Source of the DNA: a bacterium
GTDB taxonomy: Bacteria; Bacteroidota; Bacteroidia; Bacteroidales; Bacteroidaceae
Length of the DNA: 39,458 nucleotides
Assembly: GCA_963661625.1 (NCBI GenBank)
Contig: CAVLCM010000001.1
Span: 5,649 to 45,106 of the forward strand
Direction of reading: 5' to 3'
Within the stretch, counting starts at the first letter, position 1, and each line of letters starts with the position of its first letter. The translations under genes were made by a program, and so were the position numbers. Below are positions 30,260 through 39,458 of the stretch, piece after piece. Below the pieces are notes generated by a model. It was not told where the DNA came from. It was given only the letters and a program-made list of their open reading frames with translations, and did not search any database.

Positions 30260-30275
30260 ATCTTTGAATGCCTGA

Positions 30276-31070
30276 ATGATTTATCTGAAAACAGATGACG
30301 AAATCGAGCTGCTGCGCAAAGCCAACTTGTTGGTTAGCGCTACGCTCGCTGAGATAGCAAAAATTGTTGAGCCTGGTGTCACAACTAAACAGTTGGACAC
30401 TTTGGCTGAACAATTTATCAGAGACCATGGCGCGGTTCCTACGTTTAAGGGCTTCCCCAATCCGTTTGGCGGTCCTTTCCCCGCGTCGATTTGCACCTCT
30501 GTCAACAACGTTGTCGTGCATGGCATCCCCAATGACGAACCGCTCCGCGATGGTGATATAGTTTCAGTTGACTGCGGCACGCTCATTGACGGTTTCTGCG
30601 GAGACTCCTGCTACACGTTCTGTGTCGGCGAAGTCTCGCCCGAAGTGAAAGACCTCCTACGGGTAACGAAGGAGTCGCTTTACAAGGGAATAGAACAGAC
30701 CATTGCTGGTCATCGCCTTGGCGACATCGGCTATGCTGTCCAGAACCATTGCGAAAGCCAGGGCTACGGAGTAGTCCGCGAGTTCGTGGGACACGGCATC
30801 GGACACGAGATGCACGAAGACCCGCAGGTTCCCAACTACGGGAAACAGGGTACGGGCAAGCAAATCAAGAACGGTCTTTGCATAGCTATTGAGCCAATGA
30901 TAACGATGGGTACTCACGAGTTGTATATGCTGCCCGACAAATGGGGAGTTGTCACTCGCGACGGCAAATGTGCCGCTCACTTCGAGCATACCATAGCCGT
31001 CCATCACGGCAAGGCCGATATCTTGTCATCGTTCGAAGAAATCGAAAAGATAGAAAGTCAAAAATCTTAA
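30276..31070 (+). CDS. map: Type I methionine aminopeptidase
   Basis: [36 protein letters not shown]. Confidence 0.97.
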   Translation: MIYLKTDDEIELLRKANLLVSATLAEIAKIVEPGVTTKQLDTLAEQFIRDHGAVPTFKGFPNPFGGPFPASICTSVNNVVVHGIPNDEPLRDGDIVSVDCGTLIDGFCGDSCYTFCVGEVSPEVKDLLRVTKESLYKGIEQTIAGHRLGDIGYAVQNHCESQGYGVVREFVGHGIGHEMHEDPQVPNYGKQGTGKQIKNGLCIAIEPMITMGTHELYMLPDKWGVVTRDGKCAAHFEHTIAVHHGKADILSSFEEIEKIESQKS

Positions 31071-31071
31071 T

Positions 31072-31290
31072 ATGGCAAAAGAAGCTGCTATTGAACAAGA
31101 CGGAACAATCGTTGAAGCATTGAGCAATGCAATGTTCCGTGTAGAATTACAGAACGGGCACGAAATCACCGCCCACATCTCCGGCAAGATGCGTATGCAC
31201 TACATTAAAATTTTGCCCGGTGACAAGGTGAAGGTTGAAATGAGTCCGTACGATCTTTCGAAAGGAAGAATAGTGTTCAGATACAAATAA
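31072..31290 (+). CDS. infA: Translation initiation factor IF-1
   Basis: [19 protein letters not shown]...[10 protein letters not shown]. Confidence 0.99.
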   Translation: MAKEAAIEQDGTIVEALSNAMFRVELQNGHEITAHISGKMRMHYIKILPGDKVKVEMSPYDLSKGRIVFRYK

Positions 31291-31298
31291 AAAAACAT

Positions 31299-31415
31299 AT
31301 GAAAACAAGAGCATCATTAAAGAAGCGGTCAGCAGATTGCAAGATCGTGCGTCGCAAAGGCCGTCTGTTTGTGATTAACAAGAAGAACCCTAAAATGAAA
31401 ATGCGTCAGGGTTAA
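31299..31415 (+). CDS. rpmJ: 50S ribosomal protein L36 (38 aa, absent from the ORF track)
   Basis: Translated by hand: [38 protein letters not shown]. Confidence 0.97.
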   Translation: MKTRASLKKRSADCKIVRRKGRLFVINKKNPKMKMRQG

Positions 31416-31446
31416 CATCCACTTTCCGCAATAAACAAAAACAAAT

Positions 31447-31827
31447 ATGGCAATAAGAATTGTTGGTGTAGACCTCCCTCAGAACAAGCGTGGTGAGATC
31501 GCCCTGACCTACATTTACGGTATAGGTCGCAGTAGCTCGGCAAAAATCTTGGAAGAAGCCGGCATTGACAAAGACATCAAGGTAAAGGACTGGACCGATG
31601 ACCAGGCTGGTAAGATCCGTGAGATCATCAGCAACGGTTACAAGGTAGAAGGTGACCTTCGTTCTGAAATCCAGCTCAACATCAAGCGCTTGATGGATAT
31701 CGGTTGCTACCGTGGTGTTCGCCATCGTAATGGTCTTCCCGTTCGTGGCCAGAGCACGAAGAACAATGCCCGTACCCGCAAGGGCCGCAAGAAGACCGTT
31801 GCAAACAAGAAGAAAGCTACTAAATAA
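31447..31827 (+). CDS. rpsM: 30S ribosomal protein S13
   Basis: ALTYIYGIG...[26 protein letters not shown]. Confidence 0.99.
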   Translation: MAIRIVGVDLPQNKRGEIALTYIYGIGRSSSAKILEEAGIDKDIKVKDWTDDQAGKIREIISNGYKVEGDLRSEIQLNIKRLMDIGCYRGVRHRNGLPVRGQSTKNNARTRKGRKKTVANKKKATK

Positions 31828-31836
31828 TAATTGACT

Positions 31837-32226
31837 ATGGCAAAGAAAACAGTTGCAGCAAAAAAGAGAAACGTGAAGGTTGACGCTATGGGTCAGCTCC
31901 ATGTTCACAGCTCTTTCAACAATATCATTGTGTCTCTTGCTAACAGCGAGGGTCAGATCATCTCTTGGTCTTCTGCTGGCAAGATGGGTTTCCGCGGCTC
32001 TAAGAAGAACACTCCTTACGCAGCCCAGATGGCAGCCCAGGATTGTGCCAAAGTAGCTTACGACCTCGGTCTTCGCAAGGTGAAGGCATACGTTAAGGGT
32101 CCCGGCAACGGCCGTGAGTCTGCTATCCGTGCCATCCACGGTGCAGGCATCAGCGTTACCGAGATTATCGACGTAACTCCGCTTCCCCACAACGGTTGCC
32201 GTCCCCCGAAGCGTCGTAGAGTATAA
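31837..32226 (+). CDS. rpsK: 30S ribosomal protein S11
   Basis: Start set at ATG 31837; [24 protein letters not shown]. Confidence 0.98.
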   Translation: MAKKTVAAKKRNVKVDAMGQLHVHSSFNNIIVSLANSEGQIISWSSAGKMGFRGSKKNTPYAAQMAAQDCAKVAYDLGLRKVKAYVKGPGNGRESAIRAIHGAGISVTEIIDVTPLPHNGCRPPKRRRV

Positions 32227-32259
32227 CAAACGTAGTTTAAAGAAAAAGACAGAATAAAC

Positions 32260-32868
32260 ATGGCAAGATATATTGGACCTAAGTCTCGTATCGCCCGTAA
32301 GTTTGGTGAGGCTATCTTCGGTGCTGACAAAGTATTGGCAAAGCGCAACTTCCCTCCCGGACAGCATGGCAACAACCGTCGTCGCAAGACGTCTGAGTAC
32401 GGAATCATGTTGGCTGAGAAGCAGAAGGCTAAGTACACTTATGGCGTGCTTGAAAAGCAGTTCCGCAATCTCTTCGAGAAGGCAGCTTCCGCCTCTGGCA
32501 TCACCGGTGAAATTCTTCTCCAGAGCTTAGAGTGCCGCCTCGACAACGTGGTTTACCGCCTTGGCATCGCTCCTACTCGTGCAGCAGCCCGTCAGCTCGT
32601 TAACCACAAGCACATCACTGTCGACGGCAACGTGGTCAACATTGCTTCTTACAGCGTTAAACCCGGCCAGATCGTAGCTGTTCGCGAAAAGTCTAAGTCT
32701 CTCGAGGTTATTGCTGACTCTTTGGCTGGTTTCAACCACAGCAAGTATCCTTGGATTGAATGGGACGAAAACTTGAAGAGCGGCAAGCTTCTCCACAAGC
32801 CCGAACGCGCTGACATCCCTGAGAACATCAAGGAGCAGTTGATCGTCGAGTTGTACTCTAAAAACTAA
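32260..32868 (+). CDS. rpsD: 30S ribosomal protein S4
   Basis: MARYIGP...[13 protein letters not shown]...IVELYSK. Confidence 0.99.
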   Translation: MARYIGPKSRIARKFGEAIFGADKVLAKRNFPPGQHGNNRRRKTSEYGIMLAEKQKAKYTYGVLEKQFRNLFEKAASASGITGEILLQSLECRLDNVVYRLGIAPTRAAARQLVNHKHITVDGNVVNIASYSVKPGQIVAVREKSKSLEVIADSLAGFNHSKYPWIEWDENLKSGKLLHKPERADIPENIKEQLIVELYSKN

Positions 32869-32887
32869 TCCATAATCCCTTACATTC

Positions 32888-33880
32888 ATGGCGATATTAG
32901 CATTTCAAAAACCTGACAAAGTAATAATGTTGGAAAGCGACTCTAAGCACGGTTCGTTTGAGTTCCGTCCCTTGGAGCCTGGTTTCGGCACTACTGTCGG
33001 AAATGCATTGCGTCGCATTCTTCTCTCCTCTCTTGAGGGTTTCGCTATCAACACCATCAAGATTGAAGGTGTCGAGCACGAGTTCGCCACCATTCCGGGA
33101 GTTAAGGAGGACGTGACCAACATTATTCTTAACTTGAAGCAAGTCCGTTTCAAGCAGATTGTAGATGAGTACGAAACAGAGAAGGCTACTGTCACCATCT
33201 CTAACTCTACGGAGTTCAAGGCTGGTGATATAAGCAAGTATCTCAACGGATTTGAAGTGTTAAATCCTGAATTAGTGATTTGTCACTTAGATTCTAAAGC
33301 CACGATGCAGATTACAATCTCTATCAACAAAGGCAGAGGTTACGTTCCCGCTGATGAGAACCGTGAGTTCTGCGAAGATGTTCACGAGATTGCTATCGAC
33401 TCCATTTACACTCCTATCCGTAATGTGAAGTACACCGTAGAGCCCTTCCGTGTAGAACAGAAGACCGACTACGACAAGCTACTGCTTGAAATCACTACGG
33501 ACGGTTCCATTCACCCGAAGGACGCACTCAAAGAGGCCGCCAAGATCTTGATTTACCACTTCATGCTCTTCTCCGACGAGAAGATCACTATGGAGGATAA
33601 ACCCGAGGCTGAAAACGAGGTCTTCGACGAGGAAGTTCTCCACATGCGCCAGCGTCTCAAGACCAAGCTGACCGACCTGAACCTCTCGGTTCGCGCGCTC
33701 AACTGCTTGAAGGCTGCCGACGTGGAAACTCTCGGCGAACTCGTTCAGTACAACAAGAACGACCTCTTGAAGTTCCGCAACTTCGGCAAGAAATCGTTGA
33801 CTGAGCTTGATGATTTGCTCGCCAATCTGAATCTGTCGTTTGGAACTGACATTACCAAGTATAAATTAGATAAAGATTAA
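32888..33880 (+). CDS. rpoA: RNA polymerase alpha subunit
   Basis: [37 protein letters not shown]. Confidence 0.99.
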   Translation: MAILAFQKPDKVIMLESDSKHGSFEFRPLEPGFGTTVGNALRRILLSSLEGFAINTIKIEGVEHEFATIPGVKEDVTNIILNLKQVRFKQIVDEYETEKATVTISNSTEFKAGDISKYLNGFEVLNPELVICHLDSKATMQITISINKGRGYVPADENREFCEDVHEIAIDSIYTPIRNVKYTVEPFRVEQKTDYDKLLLEITTDGSIHPKDALKEAAKILIYHFMLFSDEKITMEDKPEAENEVFDEEVLHMRQRLKTKLTDLNLSVRALNCLKAADVETLGELVQYNKNDLLKFRNFGKKSLTELDDLLANLNLSFGTDITKYKLDKD

Positions 33881-33888
33881 TATCTGAA

Positions 33889-34392
33889 ATGAGACACAAT
33901 AAAAAATTCAACCATCTGAGCCGTACTGCTTCTCACAGAGCTGCCATGCTCTCCAACATGGCTTGTTCTTTGATTAAGCACAAAAGAATCACTACGACTC
34001 TTGCCAAGGCAAAGGCTTTGAAGAAGTATGTTGAGCCCCTTATCACAAAGAGCAAGGACGATACGATGAACTCTCGTCGCGTCGTGTTCAGCTACCTTCA
34101 GGACAAGTTTGCTGTAACTGAGCTCTTCCGCGAAATCCGCGTTAAGGTGCTCGACCGTCCGGGCGGCTACACTCGTATCATCAAGACGGGCTTCCGCGCA
34201 AGCGACGGTGCCGACATGTGCTTCATCGAACTCGTAGACTTCGACGAGAACATGGCCAAGACCAAGAAGAAGGCTACTCGCACGCGCCGCAGCAAGAAGG
34301 CTGCTGCCACTGCCGAAGCTACTCCCGCTGCCACTGAGGCAACAGAGGCTCCCGCTGAGGAGGCTGCTGCCGAAGAAGCAAAGGCTGAATAA
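33889..34392 (+). CDS. rplQ: 50S ribosomal protein L17 with Ala/Glu-rich tail
   Basis: MRHNKK...HR...ITTTLAKAK...[10 protein letters not shown]. Confidence 0.99.
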   Translation: MRHNKKFNHLSRTASHRAAMLSNMACSLIKHKRITTTLAKAKALKKYVEPLITKSKDDTMNSRRVVFSYLQDKFAVTELFREIRVKVLDRPGGYTRIIKTGFRASDGADMCFIELVDFDENMAKTKKKATRTRRSKKAAATAEATPAATEATEAPAEEAAAEEAKAE

Positions 34393-34410
34393 CAACAATT
34401 CTTATACACT

Positions 34411-34444
34411 AAAGGACACCCCAGACATCTGTGGGTGTCCTTTT
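34411..34444 (+). terminator. Intrinsic terminator after rplQ
   Basis: AAAGGACACCC/GGGTGTCCTTT stem followed by T-rich sequence. Confidence 0.85.
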
Positions 34445-34455
34445 CAGTTTCGCCG

Positions 34456-34526
34456 AACGATGTCCCGGCAAATACGAACAAGTCTGCATCGCCGCAGATT
34501 TTCCTCGTATTTGCCGGGATTTTCGT
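34456..34526. repeat. Long palindrome (REP-like)
   Basis: TCCCGGCAAATACGA (34463-77)/TCGTATTTGCCGGGA (34505-19), perfect 15 bp; inner TCTGC/GCAGA stem. Confidence 0.7.
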
Positions 34527-34560
34527 TTCTGCTTTTGTTTTTTCGTGGCAGATAAACACG

Positions 34561-34626
34561 AATTAACTGACGTTGAGATAAATTACCCCCCCCATTTGGC
34601 ATTTTAAGTAGTCTAAACCACTTTTG
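34561..34626 (+). promoter_or_regulatory. Putative promoter with conserved upstream box and C8 tract, copy 1
   Basis: AATTAAC-tgac-GTTGAGATAAATTA-C8-A-TTTG, N20, CACTTTTG. Confidence 0.65.
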
Positions 34627-34725
34627 CAAAGTGCTAACCTAACAAACCTTTTTTGTTGTTGAGGTTGCTTGATGAAAGAACATTGTTGTTTATCCCGATA
34701 CATCTTACAATAAACACCTAAGTAT

Positions 34726-35202
34726 ATGAAAACGTTACGTATTGCCCTCCTGCTCTTTGCGTGCATCTTCTCTGCTGTTACGCTTTGCGCCAAGGACGAG
34801 CCTCCTGTTTACTATGTCGAAAGCGCTGGCACAGGTGCGCAGGGCACTTATCTGCTCAAAGTGACCGTTATTGCTAAAAAGGCAACAGTCAAAGACGATG
34901 AGATTTGCAAGGCTGCCGTTCATGCCGTTCTTTTCCGCGGATTTCAGGATGGCAGTCAGGGTTCTCAAAAGCCCTTGGCTGGCGATGAAACGGCTGAGGA
35001 AAGTCACAAGGAGTTCTTCTCCAACTTCTTCGACAATGCAACCTACCGCAACTACGTTACCATGATCAGCGGCACGCGCTCAATCGTAAAGACAGCCGAC
35101 AAGAAAATCCGCACTACGGCCAACGTCACCGTGATGAAGGACCGCCTTCGCAAATACCTCGAGCAGCAGGGCGTAGTCAAGGCTCTTGGCTCTGGATTCT
35201 GA
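34726..35202 (+). CDS. Exported hypothetical protein, 158 aa
   Basis: Signal peptide; first gene of a tightly spaced four-gene unit. Confidence 0.85.
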   Translation: MKTLRIALLLFACIFSAVTLCAKDEPPVYYVESAGTGAQGTYLLKVTVIAKKATVKDDEICKAAVHAVLFRGFQDGSQGSQKPLAGDETAEESHKEFFSNFFDNATYRNYVTMISGTRSIVKTADKKIRTTANVTVMKDRLRKYLEQQGVVKALGSGF

Positions 35203-35246
35203 CAACATCGACTTATTTCTATACCTTTCAAAATCGACATTACTTT

Positions 35247-36200
35247 ATGAATAAAACAATCCTATCCGTCCTTCTCTTCTTCGCCCTTTCCATCACGGTC
35301 TTTGGGCAGGCAAAGAAACCCATCCTTATGGTGTTCCCCAGCGACACTTGGTGTACCGAGCACGGCTATATGCAGGAGTTCGAGAACCAAGGCAAAATCT
35401 CGCGTGTACCCGACTACGAACGTGTCACTCAGCAGGATGCCGAGATGATGCAGGTCGTTTCCAAAATCGGCGAGATGATGACCGAGCGCGGCTTTCCCCT
35501 CAAAGACCTCGGCGCAACTATCAAGGCTGTGAATGAAAGCATGGCAATGGACGAAACGGCCCAAAGCGCTACGAGCGGTGCCGACGTGATGCAGACACCC
35601 CTCGACAACATCCTCACGAAGGCCAAGGCCGACATTCGTCTTGAGGTTTACTACAAAGTAGAGTCTCTCGGCCCTCGCCGTACGGTCAACTTCGTTCTCA
35701 ATGGCATCGATGCCTATACCACTAAGCAGATTGCCTCCGCTTCGGGTACAAGCGAGGCGGTGATTGGCGGCAACACTGTGGAGATGCTGCAGGCAGCAGT
35801 TCTCAAACACATCGACAATTTCAATTCTCAGCTTCAGCAGCACTTTGACGACCTTTTGGCAAACGGCCGCGAGGTGGCCATGCAAGTGCGTGTGTTCGAC
35901 AACGGTAGCGGTCTCAACCTCGAAACGGAATTCGGCGATGAGGAACTTTCCACTTGTATCGAAAACTGGGTGAGCGACAATACTGTGCAACACCGTTTCA
36001 ATACCGTCGATGCTACAGAGAGCATGATGCAGTTCGACCAAGTGCGCATACCTCTTTACGATGCCAACGAACGCCCCATGGACACCAAGAAATGGGTGAA
36101 CGGCCTGCGCAAGTACTTGAAAGACGCTCCCTACAACATCACTACCAAGGTGACAACCCTCGGTTTGGGCAAGGTACGCCTGACTATTGGTGAAAAATAA
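35247..36200 (+). CDS. DUF6175-like exported protein, 317 aa
   Basis: Signal peptide ...VFG|QAKKPILMVFPSDTWC; RGFPLKDL; GIDAYTTKQIA (family recognised from memory, not searched). Confidence 0.7.
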   Translation: MNKTILSVLLFFALSITVFGQAKKPILMVFPSDTWCTEHGYMQEFENQGKISRVPDYERVTQQDAEMMQVVSKIGEMMTERGFPLKDLGATIKAVNESMAMDETAQSATSGADVMQTPLDNILTKAKADIRLEVYYKVESLGPRRTVNFVLNGIDAYTTKQIASASGTSEAVIGGNTVEMLQAAVLKHIDNFNSQLQQHFDDLLANGREVAMQVRVFDNGSGLNLETEFGDEELSTCIENWVSDNTVQHRFNTVDATESMMQFDQVRIPLYDANERPMDTKKWVNGLRKYLKDAPYNITTKVTTLGLGKVRLTIGEK

Positions 36201-36211
36201 ACGACAACGCT

Positions 36212-37150
36212 ATGAACATCAAGCATATTCTCTTAGCGGCAGCTCTCCCGTTCATCGGGTGGCAGCCCCTTTCGGCTCAGTGCCGCATCAGTGTGATGAC
36301 CATGCCCATTGAGCAGGAAGCCGATGTGCCGGCAGCAGTCAGCGACCAGATAAGCACACGCTTCATCCAGCTTCTAACGAGCGACGAAATGGGCGTGTCC
36401 ACCGATTTTAGTCAGTTCTTCATCACGGGGCAGTTTAGCCATGCCTACAAGGAAACCCTTCCCGGGCCGCCTCCCCAGCACGTCATCCGCACCACGCTCA
36501 CCCTTTGGATTGGCGATGTAGTCAACAAGAGCATCTTTTCCAGTTGCAGCATCAACCTGCGCGGCGTGGGCACTACCGAACAGCGCGCCTACGTCAACGC
36601 CCTCAAACAACTAAACGCCAACAATGCCAATGTTGTGCGCATGGTGCAGGAGGGCCGGCAGCGCATCCTCGCCTATTACGAGAGCAACTATCCGAAGATT
36701 CTCCAGCGTGCCAAAAGTCTCGCCACGCAAAACAACTTCGACGAGGCCTTGATGCTTGCTACATCCATCCCCGAGTGTTGCAGCGGTTTCAGCAAAGCTC
36801 AGAGCCTCACCCTCTCCATCTTCCAGACGCGTTGCGACAAGGAAGGGCAAAGCCTCCTCACTCAGGCACAGGGCGTTTGGGCGGCCGACCCTACCGACAG
36901 CGGAGCCTCAGAGGCCATGAGCCTGCTTAACCAAATTGATCCGTCCGCCTCATGCTACAAGCAGGTGTCAGCCCTCGTTACGAAAATGGGCAAGACGGTG
37001 AAGGAAAATTGGGACTTTGAGAACAAAACGAAGTACAACAACGAAGTCGACCTACAACGCCGCCGCATAGCAGCCGCCCGTGCCATTGGCGTGGCCTACG
37101 GCAACAACCAGAAGCCCACTTACATCACCTTCAAACGTTCTTGGTGGTAA
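36212..37150 (+). CDS. Exported hypothetical protein, 312 aa, with helical TPR-like C-terminal half
   Basis: Signal peptide ...LSA|Q; AKSLATQNNFDEALMLATSIP and AMSLLNQIDP helical hairpin motifs. Confidence 0.8.
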   Translation: MNIKHILLAAALPFIGWQPLSAQCRISVMTMPIEQEADVPAAVSDQISTRFIQLLTSDEMGVSTDFSQFFITGQFSHAYKETLPGPPPQHVIRTTLTLWIGDVVNKSIFSSCSINLRGVGTTEQRAYVNALKQLNANNANVVRMVQEGRQRILAYYESNYPKILQRAKSLATQNNFDEALMLATSIPECCSGFSKAQSLTLSIFQTRCDKEGQSLLTQAQGVWAADPTDSGASEAMSLLNQIDPSASCYKQVSALVTKMGKTVKENWDFENKTKYNNEVDLQRRRIAAARAIGVAYGNNQKPTYITFKRSWW

Positions 37151-37214
37151 GCTCCACGTGGGTGAGCTCCCCTCAGCGATTATCCTTAACATTATCCATT
37201 AAAACTATGAACTT

Positions 37215-38702
37215 ATGAGATTTACATCCCTTTCAGCTGCCGCCCTCCTGATGGTGGCCGCTCTCTCTGCCAATGCGCAGACCGACGGACAGCGCAAGTT
37301 CCGCCGCAGCTCTGTTTACAGCGTGCTTGTCCACAGCAACACGATGGATCAGAAGTTGAGCGAAAAGAAGTCGACGGGCAACGTCCTCCTTGATGTCGTC
37401 CGCAGCGCAAAAGGCGCAGACTTGAAGTCTGTCAGCCCCACCGTTGTCACCGACCTTTTCCCCACTATCGCCATTCCTCGCCAGTTCAACGACTTCAACC
37501 TTTCCACCCGCGTGGTTGAGTACGACGGCTTCAACATCACCGAGGCCGACATCACGGCAGCCGATGAAGCCACAGGCAAAAAGAAGAAAGGCATCGGTGC
37601 ATTGGCTGGCAAAGCACTCTCCACTGCCACAGGCGGCAAGACCATGCCCACTGCCCCCGGCAACGACGACGTGACGAAAGGCTTGAAAGCCCTCGCCATC
37701 AAGTTCTTCGAACAGAACCATGTGGCCGATAGCCTCGTGGCCAAGTGGTACAACTACCAAGGCGACAAGGCTAACGAAGGCAGCCACTACGACCTGGGCG
37801 TAATCCAAGATCTGGGCATAAGGTCAATTTCGGCTGAGGACAAACGCAAGTTCGAAGCTGGTGCGCAAGCCAATTCCGACATCATCAACGATGCAGTGAA
37901 GCTGATGGACCACACCTATGTGATGCTCAACTACTTCAAGTATCGTGCAAACGCTGACATTCTTGCCGAATACCAGGCATACGCCGATCTCCTCGGCTCA
38001 ATGGGCGGTATGTACGGGCAAATCGCTTCGCAAGCCCTCGGAGCAGTAGCCGGCACCATCGCAGGCGATGGTTACAGTGTGCAGACCAATACCTACCTCT
38101 ATCGTCTCGACTGGAACGATGAGGTGAACAACAAATTCTACGACCAGTGCTGGAAGGGTTCGTTCGAAGACCTCGTAAAGTCCGGCATTTGCAAGCTCAC
38201 CTACGTAGGCCATGAAAAGAGCCGCGCCGGCGTGCGCACAGGCATCGCCTCAAAGGCCAATGCCGACAGTCTCATTGTGCGTGCCGTGCAGCGCTCGCTC
38301 GACGAGAACATCGCCCGTCTGCAAGCTGAGTTCGAAGATTTCCGCACGCTCACTCCCGTGCTTGGCGTTGACACCGAAAAGGGTGAAATCTATGCAGAGA
38401 TCGGTTTGCGCGAGAACGTCCTTCCCGGCGACGAGTACGAACTCCTCCAATACGACGAGGCAAAGGACGACTACAAGAGCATTGGCAAGTTCAAGCCCGT
38501 TGAGGGACAAATCTACAACAACTGCGCCGATGCAGCCGACGAGATAGCTGAGGATCTCGCCAGCTCCGATGCCAAGAAGAAGGCAGCGGCTGAAGCCATG
38601 CAGGGCCTCACCAAGACCACCTTCAAGGGCGGCAAGGTAAAGGAAGAATATGCCGGATGCCTCCTCCGCCTCGTCAAGAAGGCCAAAGGCAAGAAAAAGT
38701 AA
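37215..38702 (+). CDS. Exported hypothetical protein, 495 aa
   Basis: Signal peptide ...ANA|Q; C-terminal beta domain YAEIGLRENVLPGDEYELL; Lys-rich tail. Confidence 0.85.
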   Translation: MRFTSLSAAALLMVAALSANAQTDGQRKFRRSSVYSVLVHSNTMDQKLSEKKSTGNVLLDVVRSAKGADLKSVSPTVVTDLFPTIAIPRQFNDFNLSTRVVEYDGFNITEADITAADEATGKKKKGIGALAGKALSTATGGKTMPTAPGNDDVTKGLKALAIKFFEQNHVADSLVAKWYNYQGDKANEGSHYDLGVIQDLGIRSISAEDKRKFEAGAQANSDIINDAVKLMDHTYVMLNYFKYRANADILAEYQAYADLLGSMGGMYGQIASQALGAVAGTIAGDGYSVQTNTYLYRLDWNDEVNNKFYDQCWKGSFEDLVKSGICKLTYVGHEKSRAGVRTGIASKANADSLIVRAVQRSLDENIARLQAEFEDFRTLTPVLGVDTEKGEIYAEIGLRENVLPGDEYELLQYDEAKDDYKSIGKFKPVEGQIYNNCADAADEIAEDLASSDAKKKAAAEAMQGLTKTTFKGGKVKEEYAGCLLRLVKKAKGKKK

Positions 38703-38730
38703 GAACCCGCTCTCCGCGGTCGCAACCAAA

Positions 38731-38769
38731 CAAAAGGCAGCAATCCCACCCATGGATTGCTGCCTTTTG
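38731..38769 (+). terminator. Intrinsic, possibly bidirectional, terminator
   Basis: 16-bp perfect stem CAAAAGGCAGCAATCC/GGATTGCTGCCTTTTG. Confidence 0.85.
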
Positions 38770-38807
38770 CGTTGCTGCACCCTGATATTTTGCCTCTGAT
38801 TAAATCC

Positions 38808-38874
38808 AATTAACGTGTGTTTAGATTAATTACCCCCCCCCGTTTGCAATCCTTGTATTTGTTGCATTCCTTTG
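38808..38874 (+). promoter_or_regulatory. Putative promoter with conserved upstream box and C9 tract, copy 2
   Basis: AATTAAC-gtgt-GTTTAGATTAATTA-C9-G-TTTG, N20, TTCCTTTG. Confidence 0.65.
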
Positions 38875-38908
38875 TCCCTTATTAATCATTCACAAACTAT
38901 ACGGATTT

Positions 38909-39458
38909 ATGAATAAAACTACTTATGCAACTCTTACAGCTTGCCTTGCGGTGCTGTTGTCGTTGGTTATGGCTATGCCGGCCAGTGCGTACAATAAGGT
39001 AAAGCTCACTTTTTCGCGTACAGGTACGGATGCAAGTTCCGTCAAAGTGTCGGTCAGCGACGAAAACGGCAATGCCATTAGCGGAGCCTCCGCCTCGCTT
39101 GAAAGCGTCACGTCTGGACTGGGCGCAGACTCAGAACCAGCCACGGTTGCCCTTTTTGATAAGAATGCTATGAAGAGCAACACGTCTTTCTTGGGCGTGA
39201 ACATGGGCAGCAATAATACAATTAACGGCTATGTGCAATTCACGTTCAAAATTTCAGGACTGACAGGTTTTGCTTACAATCATGTGGATGCCAATGTGGC
39301 AAGCATCAACAGTGAAGGGGCCTTCCAAACTTCTTATTCATCACATGATGCGTTGTATTACAAGCTTGAGGCATGGAACACCAATGTCACGAAACCTACG
39401 GAAACGCTCATTAGTAACAGCAAATTTGATATCAATCCCGACCCTAAGGGTAATGTAA
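38909..39458 (+). CDS. Secreted protein, 5' part only (runs off the window; absent from the ORF track)
   Basis: Translated by hand with no stop to the end: MNKTTYATLTACLAVLLSLVMAMPASA|YNKVKLTFSRTGTDASSVKVSVSDENGNAISG... Confidence 0.85.
   Translation, partial: MNKTTYATLTACLAVLLSLVMAMPASAYNKVKLTFSRTGTDASSVKVSVSDENGNAISGASASLESVTSGLGADSEPATVALFDKNAMKSNTSFLGVNMGSNNTINGYVQFTFKISGLTGFAYNHVDANVASINSEGAFQTSYSSHDALYYKLEAWNTNVTKPTETLISNSKFDINPDPKGNV

Noticed and set aside
34255..34392. Low-complexity L17 tail as a separate repeat or fusion
   Set aside because: Ala/Glu/Lys-rich L17 extensions are common in Bacteroidetes.

Overview
Chromosomal window from a Bacteroidales bacterium, probably Prevotellaceae (inferred from ribosomal protein sequences, TTTG-N19-21-TAnnTTTG promoters and A-rich start contexts without Shine-Dalgarno motifs). 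It has three blocks. (1) 160-14801, minus strand: an operon of three type V pilin-like lipoproteins followed by a 3256-aa T9SS-type surface protein with about 8 N-terminal beta-rich repeats. Homologous non-coding DNA brackets this operon in direct orientation: a 23-bp-period GACGTACGTTCACTC+N8 array (tail at 1-31, six units at 15472-15609) and a ~70-bp hairpin block with compensatory changes (75-153 and 15325-15398). (2) 15854-34392, plus strand: the str/S10/spc/alpha cluster (rpsL to rplQ, no tuf, no adk), split after rpsJ by a strong hairpin, an internal promoter and a structured rplC leader. (3) 34726-39458: four exported proteins including a DUF6175-like protein, then the start of another secreted protein. 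Both units in block 3 follow the same promoter architecture, AATTAAC-N4-GTTKAGATWAATTA-C(8-9)-R-TTTG-N20-(imperfect -7 box), a candidate poly-C phase-variable promoter. No cas, recombinase, transposase, tRNA or rRNA genes were recognised. All alignments and folds were done by eye; no database search was run.
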